The notes beneath the pieces were generated by a model. That model saw only the letters and a program-made list of their open reading frames with translations, was not told where the DNA came from and did not search any database. Positions 20,164 through 29,537 of a stretch of 64,000 nucleotides of DNA are shown here, in pieces (position 1 is the first letter of the stretch; the number at the start of each line of letters is the position of its first letter). The stretch lies in assembly GCA_963769935.1 (NCBI GenBank), contig CAVYNY010000007.1, positions 1 through 64,000 on the forward strand, given 5' to 3'. The stretch comes from an uncultured delta proteobacterium (GTDB lineage Bacteria; Desulfobacterota; Desulfobacteria; Desulfobacterales; JAFDCJ01). The position numbers were made by a program, and so were the translations under genes.

Positions 20164-21327
20164 ATGAAATGTCTTTCTGTTCTTGGCTCTACCGGATCCA
20201 TCGGCTGCAATGTTCTCAACATTGTGGCAATGTTTCCGCAGGAGTTGGCGGTCAAGGTGCTGGCGGCCAAAAGCAATGTCGCGCTGCTGGCCCGTCAGAT
20301 CATGCAGTTTCATCCCGACCTGGCAGTGGTGTACGACGAAAAACGCGCCCGGGAACTAAAAGATCTTATTCCGCCAGGCGTCGATGTTGAAATCCTGCAC
20401 GGCGAAATGGGGTATCATAGGGCGGCCACCTTTGAGGCTGCGGATATGACCGTAACCGCGCTGGTGGGTGCCGCCGGTTTGATGCCCACCCTGGCGGCCA
20501 TTGAAGCCGGTAAAACCATTGCCCTGGCAAACAAAGAAACCCTGGTGATGGCCGGAGATCTTGTCATGCAGCAGGCGGCCGAAAAGGGCGTCCAAATTCT
20601 GCCCATCGACAGTGAACACAGCGCCATTTTTCAATGCCTGCAGGGAGAGCGCCGGGAAGACGTGGCGAAGATACTGTTGACGGCCTCCGGCGGACCCTTT
20701 TTAAAGCGGCCGCAGGAAGAATTCGGAGGCATCACTCCGGCCGAAGCGCTCAAACATCCAAACTGGCAAATGGGCCAAAAAATTACGATCGATTCGGCCA
20801 CCCTGATGAACAAAGGCTTGGAAGTTTTGGAAGCCAAATGCCTTTTCGGCATTACCCGGCAGATGATCGAGGTGATCATTCATCCGCAGAGTGTGATTCA
20901 TTCCATGGTAGCGTACCAGGACGGTTCGGTCATAGCCCAGCTTGGCATACCGGACATGAAGGTTGCCATTGCATATGCCCTGTCGTATCCGCAGCGTTTG
21001 CCCCTCAGACAGCCGCTGCCGGAATTTGACGGCAGTCAGACCCTGACGTTCGAACAGCCGGATCTGGAAAAATTTCCCTGCCTGGCGCTGGCATTTAGAG
21101 CCTGCGAAGTCGGGGGGACCCTGCCGGCGGTTTTAAATGCCGCCAATGAAATGGCGGTCGGGGCATTTTTAAATCAGTCGATAGGATTTGTCGATATCCC
21201 GGCCGTGGTTGAGCAGACGATGGATAAGCATAATATAATATCGAGTCCGGCGCTGCAGGACATCCTTGAAGCCGATCGGTGGGCCCGGGCATACGCCGAG
21301 GAGAAAATCGAGGGGTTAAGGGACTGA
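20164..21327 (+). CDS. dxr: 1-deoxy-D-xylulose-5-phosphate reductoisomerase
   Basis: LGSTGSIG, ALANKE, PIDSEHSAIFQ and HPNWQMG.KITIDSAT motifs. Confidence 0.97.
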   Translation: MKCLSVLGSTGSIGCNVLNIVAMFPQELAVKVLAAKSNVALLARQIMQFHPDLAVVYDEKRARELKDLIPPGVDVEILHGEMGYHRAATFEAADMTVTALVGAAGLMPTLAAIEAGKTIALANKETLVMAGDLVMQQAAEKGVQILPIDSEHSAIFQCLQGERREDVAKILLTASGGPFLKRPQEEFGGITPAEALKHPNWQMGQKITIDSATLMNKGLEVLEAKCLFGITRQMIEVIIHPQSVIHSMVAYQDGSVIAQLGIPDMKVAIAYALSYPQRLPLRQPLPEFDGSQTLTFEQPDLEKFPCLALAFRACEVGGTLPAVLNAANEMAVGAFLNQSIGFVDIPAVVEQTMDKHNIISSPALQDILEADRWARAYAEEKIEGLRD

Positions 21328-21434
21328 GCAAATCAAACGGCGCGGGATTGCAGAATATCTATGAGGATAGCTTTAAACCTTAAATTTGGGCACTATTAAC
21401 CTCAATTAAATATTAGCTATATTAGTCTAAGAAT

Positions 21435-22502
21435 ATGGGTACCAACATATTTGCATTTGTCATCGTATTGGGTGTTCTGATCTTCTTTCACGAATTCGGA
21501 CATTTTTTGATTGCGAGATTGTTCGGGGTCGGGGTGGAGAGATTTTCCTTGGGATTCGGGCCTCGACTCATCGGCAAAAAGATCGGAATCACCGACTACC
21601 GGCTTTCAGCGATTCCTCTCGGCGGATATGTCAAGATGGTGGGTGAGGAACCGGATGCCGATATCGCCCCCGCAGACCTGCCGTTTTCCTTTACCCACAA
21701 GCATGTTGTCAAACGCATGCTGATTGTTTTAGCCGGGCCGGTATTTAACATATTGCTGGCCCTCATCATTTTCTTTGGTATATTTTTCTTCACCGGCACC
21801 TTCATCCTCAAGCCGTCCGTCGGTTCGGTCAGAGCCGGCTCACCGGCCCTTGCCGCCGGACTCGAAAAAGGTGATTTGATAACGCATATCAATGGATCGG
21901 CGATCAACAGCTGGGATGAAATGGCCGAAATCATCAATGCCAGCCAGGGACGTCCCCTTCAGCTGTCCGTACGCCGCCAGGAAGCCACACTGGATTTTTC
22001 GATCGCGCCGGAAAAGGTGACGACCAAAAATATATTCGGCGAAGACGTCCAGCGGTATGTCATCGGCATTACCGCATCGGGCGCGACTTTTTCAAAAGAG
22101 ATGAACCTTTTTCAGGCGGCTTCGGAGAGCCTGATGCAGACTTACCGGGTTACCGAATTGATGGTGGTCATTATTGCCAAGCTCATCAAAGGAGATATTT
22201 CGACCAACACCCTGGGCGGCCCGATCATGATCGCCCAGATGGCCGGTGACTCCGCCAAAGCCGGCGTCGGCAGTCTGATATCCTTTATCGCGGTGATCAG
22301 TATCAATCTGGCCATCATTAATTTGCTGCCCATACCGGTGCTGGATGGCGGCCATCTGCTGTTCTTTTTCATCGAAGCCATCAAGGGACGTCCGGTCAGT
22401 ATCAAAGTCAGGGAAGTGGCACAACAGGTGGGATTGTTCATTTTAATTCTGTTGATGATCCTTGTTTTCTACAACGACATCACCCGGATTTTTTTCAGTT
22501 AA
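21435..22502 (+). CDS. rseP: RIP metalloprotease RseP
   Basis: HEFGH, a PDZ domain and NLLPIPVLDGG. Confidence 0.95.
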   Translation: MGTNIFAFVIVLGVLIFFHEFGHFLIARLFGVGVERFSLGFGPRLIGKKIGITDYRLSAIPLGGYVKMVGEEPDADIAPADLPFSFTHKHVVKRMLIVLAGPVFNILLALIIFFGIFFFTGTFILKPSVGSVRAGSPALAAGLEKGDLITHINGSAINSWDEMAEIINASQGRPLQLSVRRQEATLDFSIAPEKVTTKNIFGEDVQRYVIGITASGATFSKEMNLFQAASESLMQTYRVTELMVVIIAKLIKGDISTNTLGGPIMIAQMAGDSAKAGVGSLISFIAVISINLAIINLLPIPVLDGGHLLFFFIEAIKGRPVSIKVREVAQQVGLFILILLMILVFYNDITRIFFS

Positions 22503-22610
22503 TTAATCCGCCCTCCCCAAAAAGCATACCCAGGACTGTGAATAGAGTTTTGAAAATCCAGGAAAGTATTTGGGTTCAAGGGCGGCGGATTAATTAGTTT
22601 ATGCTGCGCA
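22500..22610 (+). repeat. 97-bp terminal-inverted-repeat element plus TGCTGCGCA tail, copy 1
   Basis: TAATTAATCCGCC (22500-22512)-N71-GGCGGATTAATTA (22584-22596)-GTTTATGCTGCGCA. Confidence 0.85.
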
Positions 22611-22618
22611 TATTGTTA

Positions 22619-22940
22619 TTTATTATAGCATTGAAAACCTGGTCCTCCCTCCGGGCTGTAAGCCTCCGGGCAGGAAGCTGGGCCAGATCTTAGATAATAG
22701 GCTTTACCGTTGTTGATTGCCCTGGGGTAATGGAATGTTGGAATACCGAGTTTGGCGGGATGAGATCTGCTTCTAGACGGATGCCAGTGATCAAATAAAA
22801 AAATCAGACTATCATCCGCATTAGATCCCCAATATTCCATTTTTCTCTCCGATCCGTAGGCTCTACGAGCCGGAGGCCACTATTCCATTATTCCAGCGGT
22901 TAATCGCTTGTTAAGCGACACCCTATGGAGTGAAGTCAAA
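22619..22940 (+). repeat. Composite intergenic repeat (GGAATxxT octamer arms with nested modules), copy A
   Basis: Collinear with 48328-48748. Shares ATTGAAAnCCTGGTCCTC, ATGAGATCT, AAAATCAGACTAT, a 37-nt block with 1 mismatch, and GTGAAGTCAAA. Confidence 0.8.
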
Positions 22941-22994
22941 TTTGTTTGCGATCTTGTAGAATCAAACTTAATTTTTTTCATAAAAGAGATCAAA

Positions 22995-25991
22995 ATGCCA
23001 CATCGACTTGAGATTGCCTTAAAAGATAATCTTTTTGATGCAGAGGGGGAAGGGATCTGCCAGAAGGCCAAGAATTATTTCGGCCTGAAACTGGACAGCG
23101 TGCGCACCGTTAATATTGTGACAATTGATGCCGAGCTGTCGGATGAGCAGCTGCAGGCGGTGCAGACGGAGATTTTCACCAATCCTGTGACCCAGGTTTC
23201 TTCCTTTGATCCGCTGGCTATCGAATTTGATTGGACCATCTGGGTGGGATTCCGGCCGGGTGTCAGAGACAATCCCGGCAGTACGGCCGTTGAAGCCATT
23301 GAAGACCTGCTGCAACTCAAGTTCACCGCGGCCCAGGCAGTATACACATCCAAGCGCTATTGTCTGAAAGGCCGCAACCTGGATTCGGCCGGTATGCATC
23401 AAATCGCCGGTGGGCTTCTGGCCAACAATATTATCCAGCAATGGAAAATCTATTCGGTCCGCCAGTGGAATCCGGCCGAAGGTATCGGCGATATCCTGCC
23501 CAAAGTCATCCTCGACCATGTCCCGACCGTGACGACCATCCCGGTGGACAGCGATCTTAGCCTGAAAAAAATCAGCGACGAGCGCGGCCTGGCCTTAAAT
23601 CCCAATGACATCCCCACCATTCGGACCTATTTCCAGAATGAAACCATCCGGGCGCAAAGAGCCGGGGTCGGCCTCGCGGATCCGACCGATGTCGAGCTTG
23701 AATATATCTCCCAGGCCAGAAGCGATCACTGCAACCATAACACGTTCCGCGGCCTGTACCGCTACCACGACCCGGCAAGCGGTGAAACCGAAACCATCGA
23801 TAACCTGTTCAAGACCTGTATCGAGGCGCCCACCCTGGCGTTGAAAACCAAAAAGCCGTGGGTGGTTTCAGTTCTGTGGGACAACGCCGGCGCCGGGCGA
23901 TTTGACGCCGACCACTACTACGTGATTACAGGGGAGACCCATAATTCCCCGTCCAACATGGAAGCCTATGGGGGGGCGATCACCGGCATCGTGGGGGTGT
24001 ACCGCGACCCCCTGGGGACCGGCCGGGGATCGAAGCTGGTGATGGGCAGTTACGGCTACTGCGTTGCGCCACGGGATTACAGCGGAGACCTCAAGCCGCA
24101 TCTCCATCCCAGGCGCCTGCTGGACGGGGTTATCGAAGGCGTGCGCGACGGCGGCAATAAAAGCGGCATCCCCACCACCTTCGGGCAGGTTTTATTTCAC
24201 CCGGGATATTTAGGAAAATGTCTGGTATTTGTAACCGCCGTCGGTATTATGCCGGCCCGGATTAGCGGTGAACCGGCCGAACGCAAAAGCACTTCCGCCG
24301 GTGATCTGGTGGTTATGTGCGGCGGCAGAGTCGGCAAAGACGGAATCCACGGCGTTACGGCTTCCTCGGAACCTTTTTCCGAGCACACACCCGCCGGTCA
24401 TGTACAGATCGGCGACCCCTATACCCAAAAAAAAATGCACGATTTCCTGCTGGAAGCCCGGGATGCGGGACTCATCAGATTCATTACGGACAACGGCGGC
24501 GGCGGACTGTCGTCATCCGTCGGGGAATCGGCCCGGTTCTCAAACGGGTGTGAAATTGAGCTTGCCGACGTGCCTTTAAAATATGAGGGACTTGATCAAT
24601 GGGAGATTTGGGTTTCCGAATCCCAGGAACGAATGACTGTAGCCATCCATCCGGATGATCGGAAGCGTTTCTTCGATTTGTCCCGCCGGCATGCGGTCGA
24701 AAGCACCGTCATCGGCCGCTATACGGATTCAGGCAAGCTTCACATCACTTACAACGGCAAGACCTGTGCCCACGTGGATCTCGATCTGCTGCAATCGGGA
24801 TTTCCCCAGTGGGAATTCGAGGCCGTATGGATCCCCCCTGAACAGCGGGGACTGCACGAGCCGGTTCTCGGCCGGCCGCAGGATTTCGGGAAGCTGCTGC
24901 AAGATCTGCTGAGCCGCCCCAATATCTGTTCGACGGAATGGATTACACGGCAGTACGATCACGAAGTCCAGGGAACCAGTGTGATCAAGCCGCTGGTGGG
25001 GGCTGAGCGCGATGTGAACAGCGATGCGGCGGTGATCCGCCCGGTGCTCGAGTCCAATAAAGGATTGGCTTTTGCCCAGGCCCTGCTGCCGGCTTACTCC
25101 GCCATCGATGCATTTCATATGACCGGCTGCACCATTGATGAGGCGGTTCGGCGGCTGATTGCCGTGGGGGGCGATTTAGACCATATCGGCGGGGTCGACA
25201 ATTTTTGCTGGCCGAACATTCAATACGATCCGGCTCGCAATCCCGACGGCAGATTCAAGGCCGCTCAATTGGTGCGATCCTGCCGAGCGCTGCGGGATTT
25301 ATGTTTAACATACGAAATTCCACTGCTTTCCGGTAAAGACAGCATGTATGTGGACGGCAATCTTGCCGGCCGCTATGGTGAAACCCACAAAGTGTCGGCC
25401 CTTGAAACCCTTCAGTTTTCGGCCATTTCCGTGGTTGAAGACGTCACGCGCTGTGTCACCATGGATGCCAAAATGCCCGGCGATCTTATTTACGTTGTCG
25501 GGACGACCTGCAATGAGCTTGGCGGATCGGAATACTATGACCATCTGGGATACATCGGCTGCAATGTCCCCCGGGTGCGGCCAGATGAATTTATGCCGCT
25601 GTACCGCAAGTTAAGACGCGCCATTGAAAATGAACTGGCGGCTTCCGTCCACGGGATCTACCGGGGCGGTTTGGGCGTGCACCTGGCCATGGTGGCCATG
25701 GGGGGCAATCTTGGACTGAATGTCGACCTGGCGCAGGTCCCAGTCCGCAACGTTGAGCGTGACGACAGCCTGCTGTTTTCCGAGTCGGCCGGACGATTTA
25801 TCGTAACGGTGGATCCGGCCAAGCGTGAGGCTTTTGAAGATATCTTTAAAGGAGACGGCTGCGCCCGTGTCGGCACGGCCACCAAACAACCCGATCTTAT
25901 TTTTCAAGGGCTTGCGCACCGGACCATCCTTGCGGTTCCAGTTCAGGATTTAAAATCGGCCTGGAAAAAGACCTTTGGGGGGTTGATTTAG
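22995..25991 (+). CDS. purL: Phosphoribosylformylglycinamidine synthase subunit PurL with N-terminal PurS-like domains
   Basis: SDHCNHNTF, ETHNSPS, VQIGDP, SESQERM, QYDHEV and LFSES motifs. The N-terminal 200 aa resemble PurS repeats. Confidence 0.93.
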   Translation: MPHRLEIALKDNLFDAEGEGICQKAKNYFGLKLDSVRTVNIVTIDAELSDEQLQAVQTEIFTNPVTQVSSFDPLAIEFDWTIWVGFRPGVRDNPGSTAVEAIEDLLQLKFTAAQAVYTSKRYCLKGRNLDSAGMHQIAGGLLANNIIQQWKIYSVRQWNPAEGIGDILPKVILDHVPTVTTIPVDSDLSLKKISDERGLALNPNDIPTIRTYFQNETIRAQRAGVGLADPTDVELEYISQARSDHCNHNTFRGLYRYHDPASGETETIDNLFKTCIEAPTLALKTKKPWVVSVLWDNAGAGRFDADHYYVITGETHNSPSNMEAYGGAITGIVGVYRDPLGTGRGSKLVMGSYGYCVAPRDYSGDLKPHLHPRRLLDGVIEGVRDGGNKSGIPTTFGQVLFHPGYLGKCLVFVTAVGIMPARISGEPAERKSTSAGDLVVMCGGRVGKDGIHGVTASSEPFSEHTPAGHVQIGDPYTQKKMHDFLLEARDAGLIRFITDNGGGGLSSSVGESARFSNGCEIELADVPLKYEGLDQWEIWVSESQERMTVAIHPDDRKRFFDLSRRHAVESTVIGRYTDSGKLHITYNGKTCAHVDLDLLQSGFPQWEFEAVWIPPEQRGLHEPVLGRPQDFGKLLQDLLSRPNICSTEWITRQYDHEVQGTSVIKPLVGAERDVNSDAAVIRPVLESNKGLAFAQALLPAYSAIDAFHMTGCTIDEAVRRLIAVGGDLDHIGGVDNFCWPNIQYDPARNPDGRFKAAQLVRSCRALRDLCLTYEIPLLSGKDSMYVDGNLAGRYGETHKVSALETLQFSAISVVEDVTRCVTMDAKMPGDLIYVVGTTCNELGGSEYYDHLGYIGCNVPRVRPDEFMPLYRKLRRAIENELAASVHGIYRGGLGVHLAMVAMGGNLGLNVDLAQVPVRNVERDDSLLFSESAGRFIVTVDPAKREAFEDIFKGDGCARVGTATKQPDLIFQGLAHRTILAVPVQDLKSAWKKTFGGLI

Positions 25992-26001
25992 GAGAATTCA
26001 G

Positions 26002-26817
26002 ATGCGTGATGTCAATGTAATGGTTTTGACCGGTTATGGTTTAAATTGCGATCATGAGACCGCCTATGCGTTTGGATTGGCCGGCGCCAGGGCCGAAAGG
26101 GTACATATTAATTCTCTTATTGACGGGGCGGTGAAGCTGGAAGATTATCAAATTCTGGTGTTTATCGGTGGATTCAGCTGGGGCGACGACCATGGTGCCG
26201 GTGTGATTCAGGCTGTCCGCCTGAAGACCAGCATCGGTGATCAGCTGATAAATTTTGTCGAAAAAGGCAATTTGGTTCTGGGGATTTGCAACGGCTTTCA
26301 ATCCCTGGTTAATCTTGGTCTACTCCCCGGTCTGGCCCGGAATTATCACCAGCGTCTGGTAGCGCTTACTTTCAATGACTGCGGCAACTTTAGAGACCAA
26401 TGGGTAGCCCTCAGAGTCAATCCGAGCTCTCCCTGCGTATTCACCCGCGGCATTGACCTGGCCGAACTTCCCGTGCGCCATGGTGAGGGCAAATTTTTCG
26501 CCGCGCCAGCGACCCTGACGAATCTCCGGCAAAATAACCAGGTGGCCCTTCAATATGTCCTCCCGGACGGCCAACCCGCCCAAGGACGCTTTCCTTTCAA
26601 CCCCAACGGATCGGTAGATGACATTGCCGGAATATGTGATGCCACTGGAAGAGTCTTTGGCCTGATGCCGCATCCGGAAGCCTATAACCACCCCACCAAT
26701 CACCCGGACTGGACCCGTCGCAAAGAATCCGCCCGGCGGCGGGACGCCGGCTGGCAAACCGAGATCCCGGTAGGCATTCGGATGCTGCAAAACGGCGTTG
26801 ATTATCTGCACAGTTAA
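26002..26817 (+). CDS. purQ: FGAM synthase glutaminase subunit PurQ
   Basis: GGFSWGD, LGICNGFQ, HGEG, NPNGS and MPHPE motifs. Confidence 0.95.
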   Translation: MRDVNVMVLTGYGLNCDHETAYAFGLAGARAERVHINSLIDGAVKLEDYQILVFIGGFSWGDDHGAGVIQAVRLKTSIGDQLINFVEKGNLVLGICNGFQSLVNLGLLPGLARNYHQRLVALTFNDCGNFRDQWVALRVNPSSPCVFTRGIDLAELPVRHGEGKFFAAPATLTNLRQNNQVALQYVLPDGQPAQGRFPFNPNGSVDDIAGICDATGRVFGLMPHPEAYNHPTNHPDWTRRKESARRRDAGWQTEIPVGIRMLQNGVDYLHS

Positions 26818-27313
26818 TTACAATTTGGAAATTCGTATTTCAAAATTGAGTTAACTCTGGGAATCTATCAAGGTCTGAAACGACTATAATAAAAATTAAA
26901 TGAGTATAAAAAATTTTTAGGACCGAAACTGCCTCCTAGCGGCGATATCAATGGTCATACGGTCAACGCGTCTTTTTCTTTTCTACCATAAATCAATAGG
27001 TTAAGAGCAGGCTCACCGGATCCTGCCGCTTTTCTGCCAACCTAGACCTGCCTCATAGTCATGGCCCATGTTTCCCCTGTCGTGATGATATTATTCAATA
27101 TTCCGCCCGTCCAACTGCCGGCCAAAATTTTTTCTAAACTGCCGATGGACAAGTGCCGATATAAGCTATTGAATTGTGACCATATCCAAACGGCTAACGG
27201 CTTGCCGGCGGACCGCTGCCGATCGATTTTTTTGTTTAATATAAGGAGGATATTGCACCCCCTGATTTTCCCGGCGACGGTTAATCAAGCCATTTTAACA
27301 AAAATACGCCCAG

Positions 27314-27329
27314 TGGCATAGGTTTTGTA
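27314..27329 (+). promoter_or_regulatory. Sigma54-like (-24/-12) promoter for the minor pilin operon
   Basis: TGGCATAGGTTTTGTA versus consensus TGGCACGnnnnTTGCW: correct spacing, but -12 GC is GT. Confidence 0.5.
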
Positions 27330-27374
27330 TGTATTTGTAAATAGATGATTGAATCATAACAGGAGTTGAAGTTT

Positions 27375-27875
27375 ATGCGAAAGAATGCAGGATTCACAGC
27401 GTTTGAACTGGCAGTTTCAATGGCCATTATGGCGGTCATTGCAGCACTTGTGCTGCCGCCCTATTTGCATTGGCTCAGAGGACATCGTCTCAGGGGCGCA
27501 GTGACCAATCTTATGGGGGACATGGAAATGGCCAAGATTCGGGCGATCCGGGAGAATAATTTTGTTGTCGTCCGCTTTGCCCAAAACAGTTACACCATTT
27601 TTCTGGACAATGGACAGCCGGCCGGGACCGCGGGCGATTGGATTCCTGCCGGAGAATCCATCATCAAAAGCAGAACTCTACCGGCAGGCGTCAAATTTAA
27701 TCTGGCTGCACTAAATTTCGAGTTTATCGGTTCGGCAGGCACTGACGACATCACCAGGTTTAACGGACGGGGACTGCCGGACCGGGTCAGCGCCTCGACC
27801 GTCATACCCTTGTTCAATGAAAGCCAGAGCAGTTCGATTTCGATTAACCGGCTCGGCCGCATGAGTGTGCACTAA
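27375..27875 (+). CDS. GspH/FimT-family minor pilin
   Basis: Prepilin cleavage motif AG/FTAFEL, AKIRAIREN, FNGRG and INRLGR. Confidence 0.85.
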   Translation: MRKNAGFTAFELAVSMAIMAVIAALVLPPYLHWLRGHRLRGAVTNLMGDMEMAKIRAIRENNFVVVRFAQNSYTIFLDNGQPAGTAGDWIPAGESIIKSRTLPAGVKFNLAALNFEFIGSAGTDDITRFNGRGLPDRVSASTVIPLFNESQSSSISINRLGRMSVH

Positions 27876-28297
27876 TGATAGCAACTCCAATGCATCCTAC
27901 TACAAAAACGGTCTTTCAAGATAATCAGAACGGGTTTTCACTCGTTGAACTATTGATTGCCCTGGCTATTCTGGCCCTGGCCATGCTGGCCGCCGCATCG
28001 ATGCAATTTGGTTCCATTCGCAACAATGCAAGCGGCAACATGGTTACCCAGGCCAACATGCTCGCCAAATCCAAGATGGAGGAGCTGAAAAACACCGTCG
28101 ATTTGACCACCCTGACCAGCGGCGGCGATACCGGCATCAATGCCGCCGGACAGGCCGGAGGAATATATAATCGCAGCTGGACAATTGAAAATTTGGGTAC
28201 CACAGCCCGTCGCATCACCGTGACGGTTCAATGGACCAAGGGCAGCCGGACGCACACAATCAGAATTTCATCCAACACAAGGGGTAACGGCGTATGA
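27875..28297 (+). CDS. PilV-like minor pilin
   Basis: NG/FSLVELLIALAIL, A..LA..KMEELK and ITVTVQW. Confidence 0.8.
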   Translation: MIATPMHPTTKTVFQDNQNGFSLVELLIALAILALAMLAAASMQFGSIRNNASGNMVTQANMLAKSKMEELKNTVDLTTLTSGGDTGINAAGQAGGIYNRSWTIENLGTTARRITVTVQWTKGSRTHTIRISSNTRGNGV

Positions 28298-28926
28298 TAG
28301 ATCATTTAATAAGTTTTCCCGCTACGGACAGACAACCCGGCCTGAAGGCGCGGTTGGCGGCGGGTTTTACCCTTATTGAAGTTTTAATGGTTATTGCAAT
28401 TCTATCGATTACCTTCGGAACCATTTATAAGAGCTTTGAGCAGTTAAACCGCTCCTACACGAAAGAAAACGTCAAGGCCGGGATTCAACAAGGTGCGCGG
28501 ATCGCGGTGGAATTCATGGTGCAGGATATTCGAATGGCGGGGCTCGATCCGTTGGGAACGGCCCACGCCGGTCTCTCAGGCGACCTCGTCGGCCAGTTGC
28601 CGACTACCAACTGGATTGAATTTACATCCGATGTCAATTTCGACGGGAAGGTCGATGACGGTGTTACATTTGAAAAAATAAAGTATGAACTGAGCGACAA
28701 TAAACTTTTGCAAACCAACAACATCGGCAGCAGTCCTGTCAGTGAAGTCATGCTGGATAATGTGACCGATTTAACGTTCACCTATCTGAATTCCGAGGAC
28801 CTGACCACCACCGATATCAATGAAATTCGTTCAGTGGTCATCTCGTTGACAATGGAAAAACCGGCCGGCCGTGCGGGCCCGATCTCCCGCACCTATACCA
28901 CCACGGTTCGCTGCCGCAATTTATAG
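28294..28926 (+). CDS. PilW-like minor pilin
   Basis: AG/FTLIEVL, QQGAR.A...M..DIRMAG and C-terminal VRCRNL. Confidence 0.8.
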   Translation: MIDHLISFPATDRQPGLKARLAAGFTLIEVLMVIAILSITFGTIYKSFEQLNRSYTKENVKAGIQQGARIAVEFMVQDIRMAGLDPLGTAHAGLSGDLVGQLPTTNWIEFTSDVNFDGKVDDGVTFEKIKYELSDNKLLQTNNIGSSPVSEVMLDNVTDLTFTYLNSEDLTTTDINEIRSVVISLTMEKPAGRAGPISRTYTTTVRCRNL

Positions 28927-28939
28927 TAAGCGAGGAGAA

Positions 28940-29473
28940 ATGGGCCGAAAAATAATTCACATCGTTGACAATGAAAACGGATTCGTTCTTGGCGCCGCCA
29001 TCCTGGTGTCGGCCATTTTGATTATGGCCGGCGTCCTGGCCCTGTGGGCATCGACTACCGAAGTGCAGGTGGTTCGCAATGAAGGGCTGATGACCCGGGA
29101 ATTTTACGATGCCGAAGGCGGCGTCATCGATGCGCTGGTCAATTACAACACCGGATCTACCGATTGGCTGACCGATGATTTCCTCATAGCCGATCCCACG
29201 GCCGCCAATAACATTGTGGTTTCCAACGATCCCGACGGCCGGCCGCTGGCGACCGTCGAGGCGCGCTGCATTGAAAATTCCGGCACCAGCATTGCCGGAT
29301 TGAGTGAAGCGGCCAATCGGCTGCCGCACCAGAATCATATCAGCCCTCCGCCGGAGGGTTCCGGCTTCAGTTTGAAATACTTTGAGGTTCGCAGATACGG
29401 GATAACCGCCACCTCAACCGACGGCCATACCCGGGTTCAGGTGGGAGCCTGGAAAGTTTTTAATAAGTACTAA
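28940..29473 (+). CDS. PilX-like minor pilin
   Basis: NENG/FVL without Glu5, and FYDAEGG. GAGGAG RBS before ATG 28940. Confidence 0.75.
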   Translation: MGRKIIHIVDNENGFVLGAAILVSAILIMAGVLALWASTTEVQVVRNEGLMTREFYDAEGGVIDALVNYNTGSTDWLTDDFLIADPTAANNIVVSNDPDGRPLATVEARCIENSGTSIAGLSEAANRLPHQNHISPPPEGSGFSLKYFEVRRYGITATSTDGHTRVQVGAWKVFNKY

Positions 29474-29537
29474 TGCCATGACCCCTTGTTACAAAAAGGG
29501 TTTGGGCTTTGTTGGTGAAAAAAAAGGAGGATCCGGC

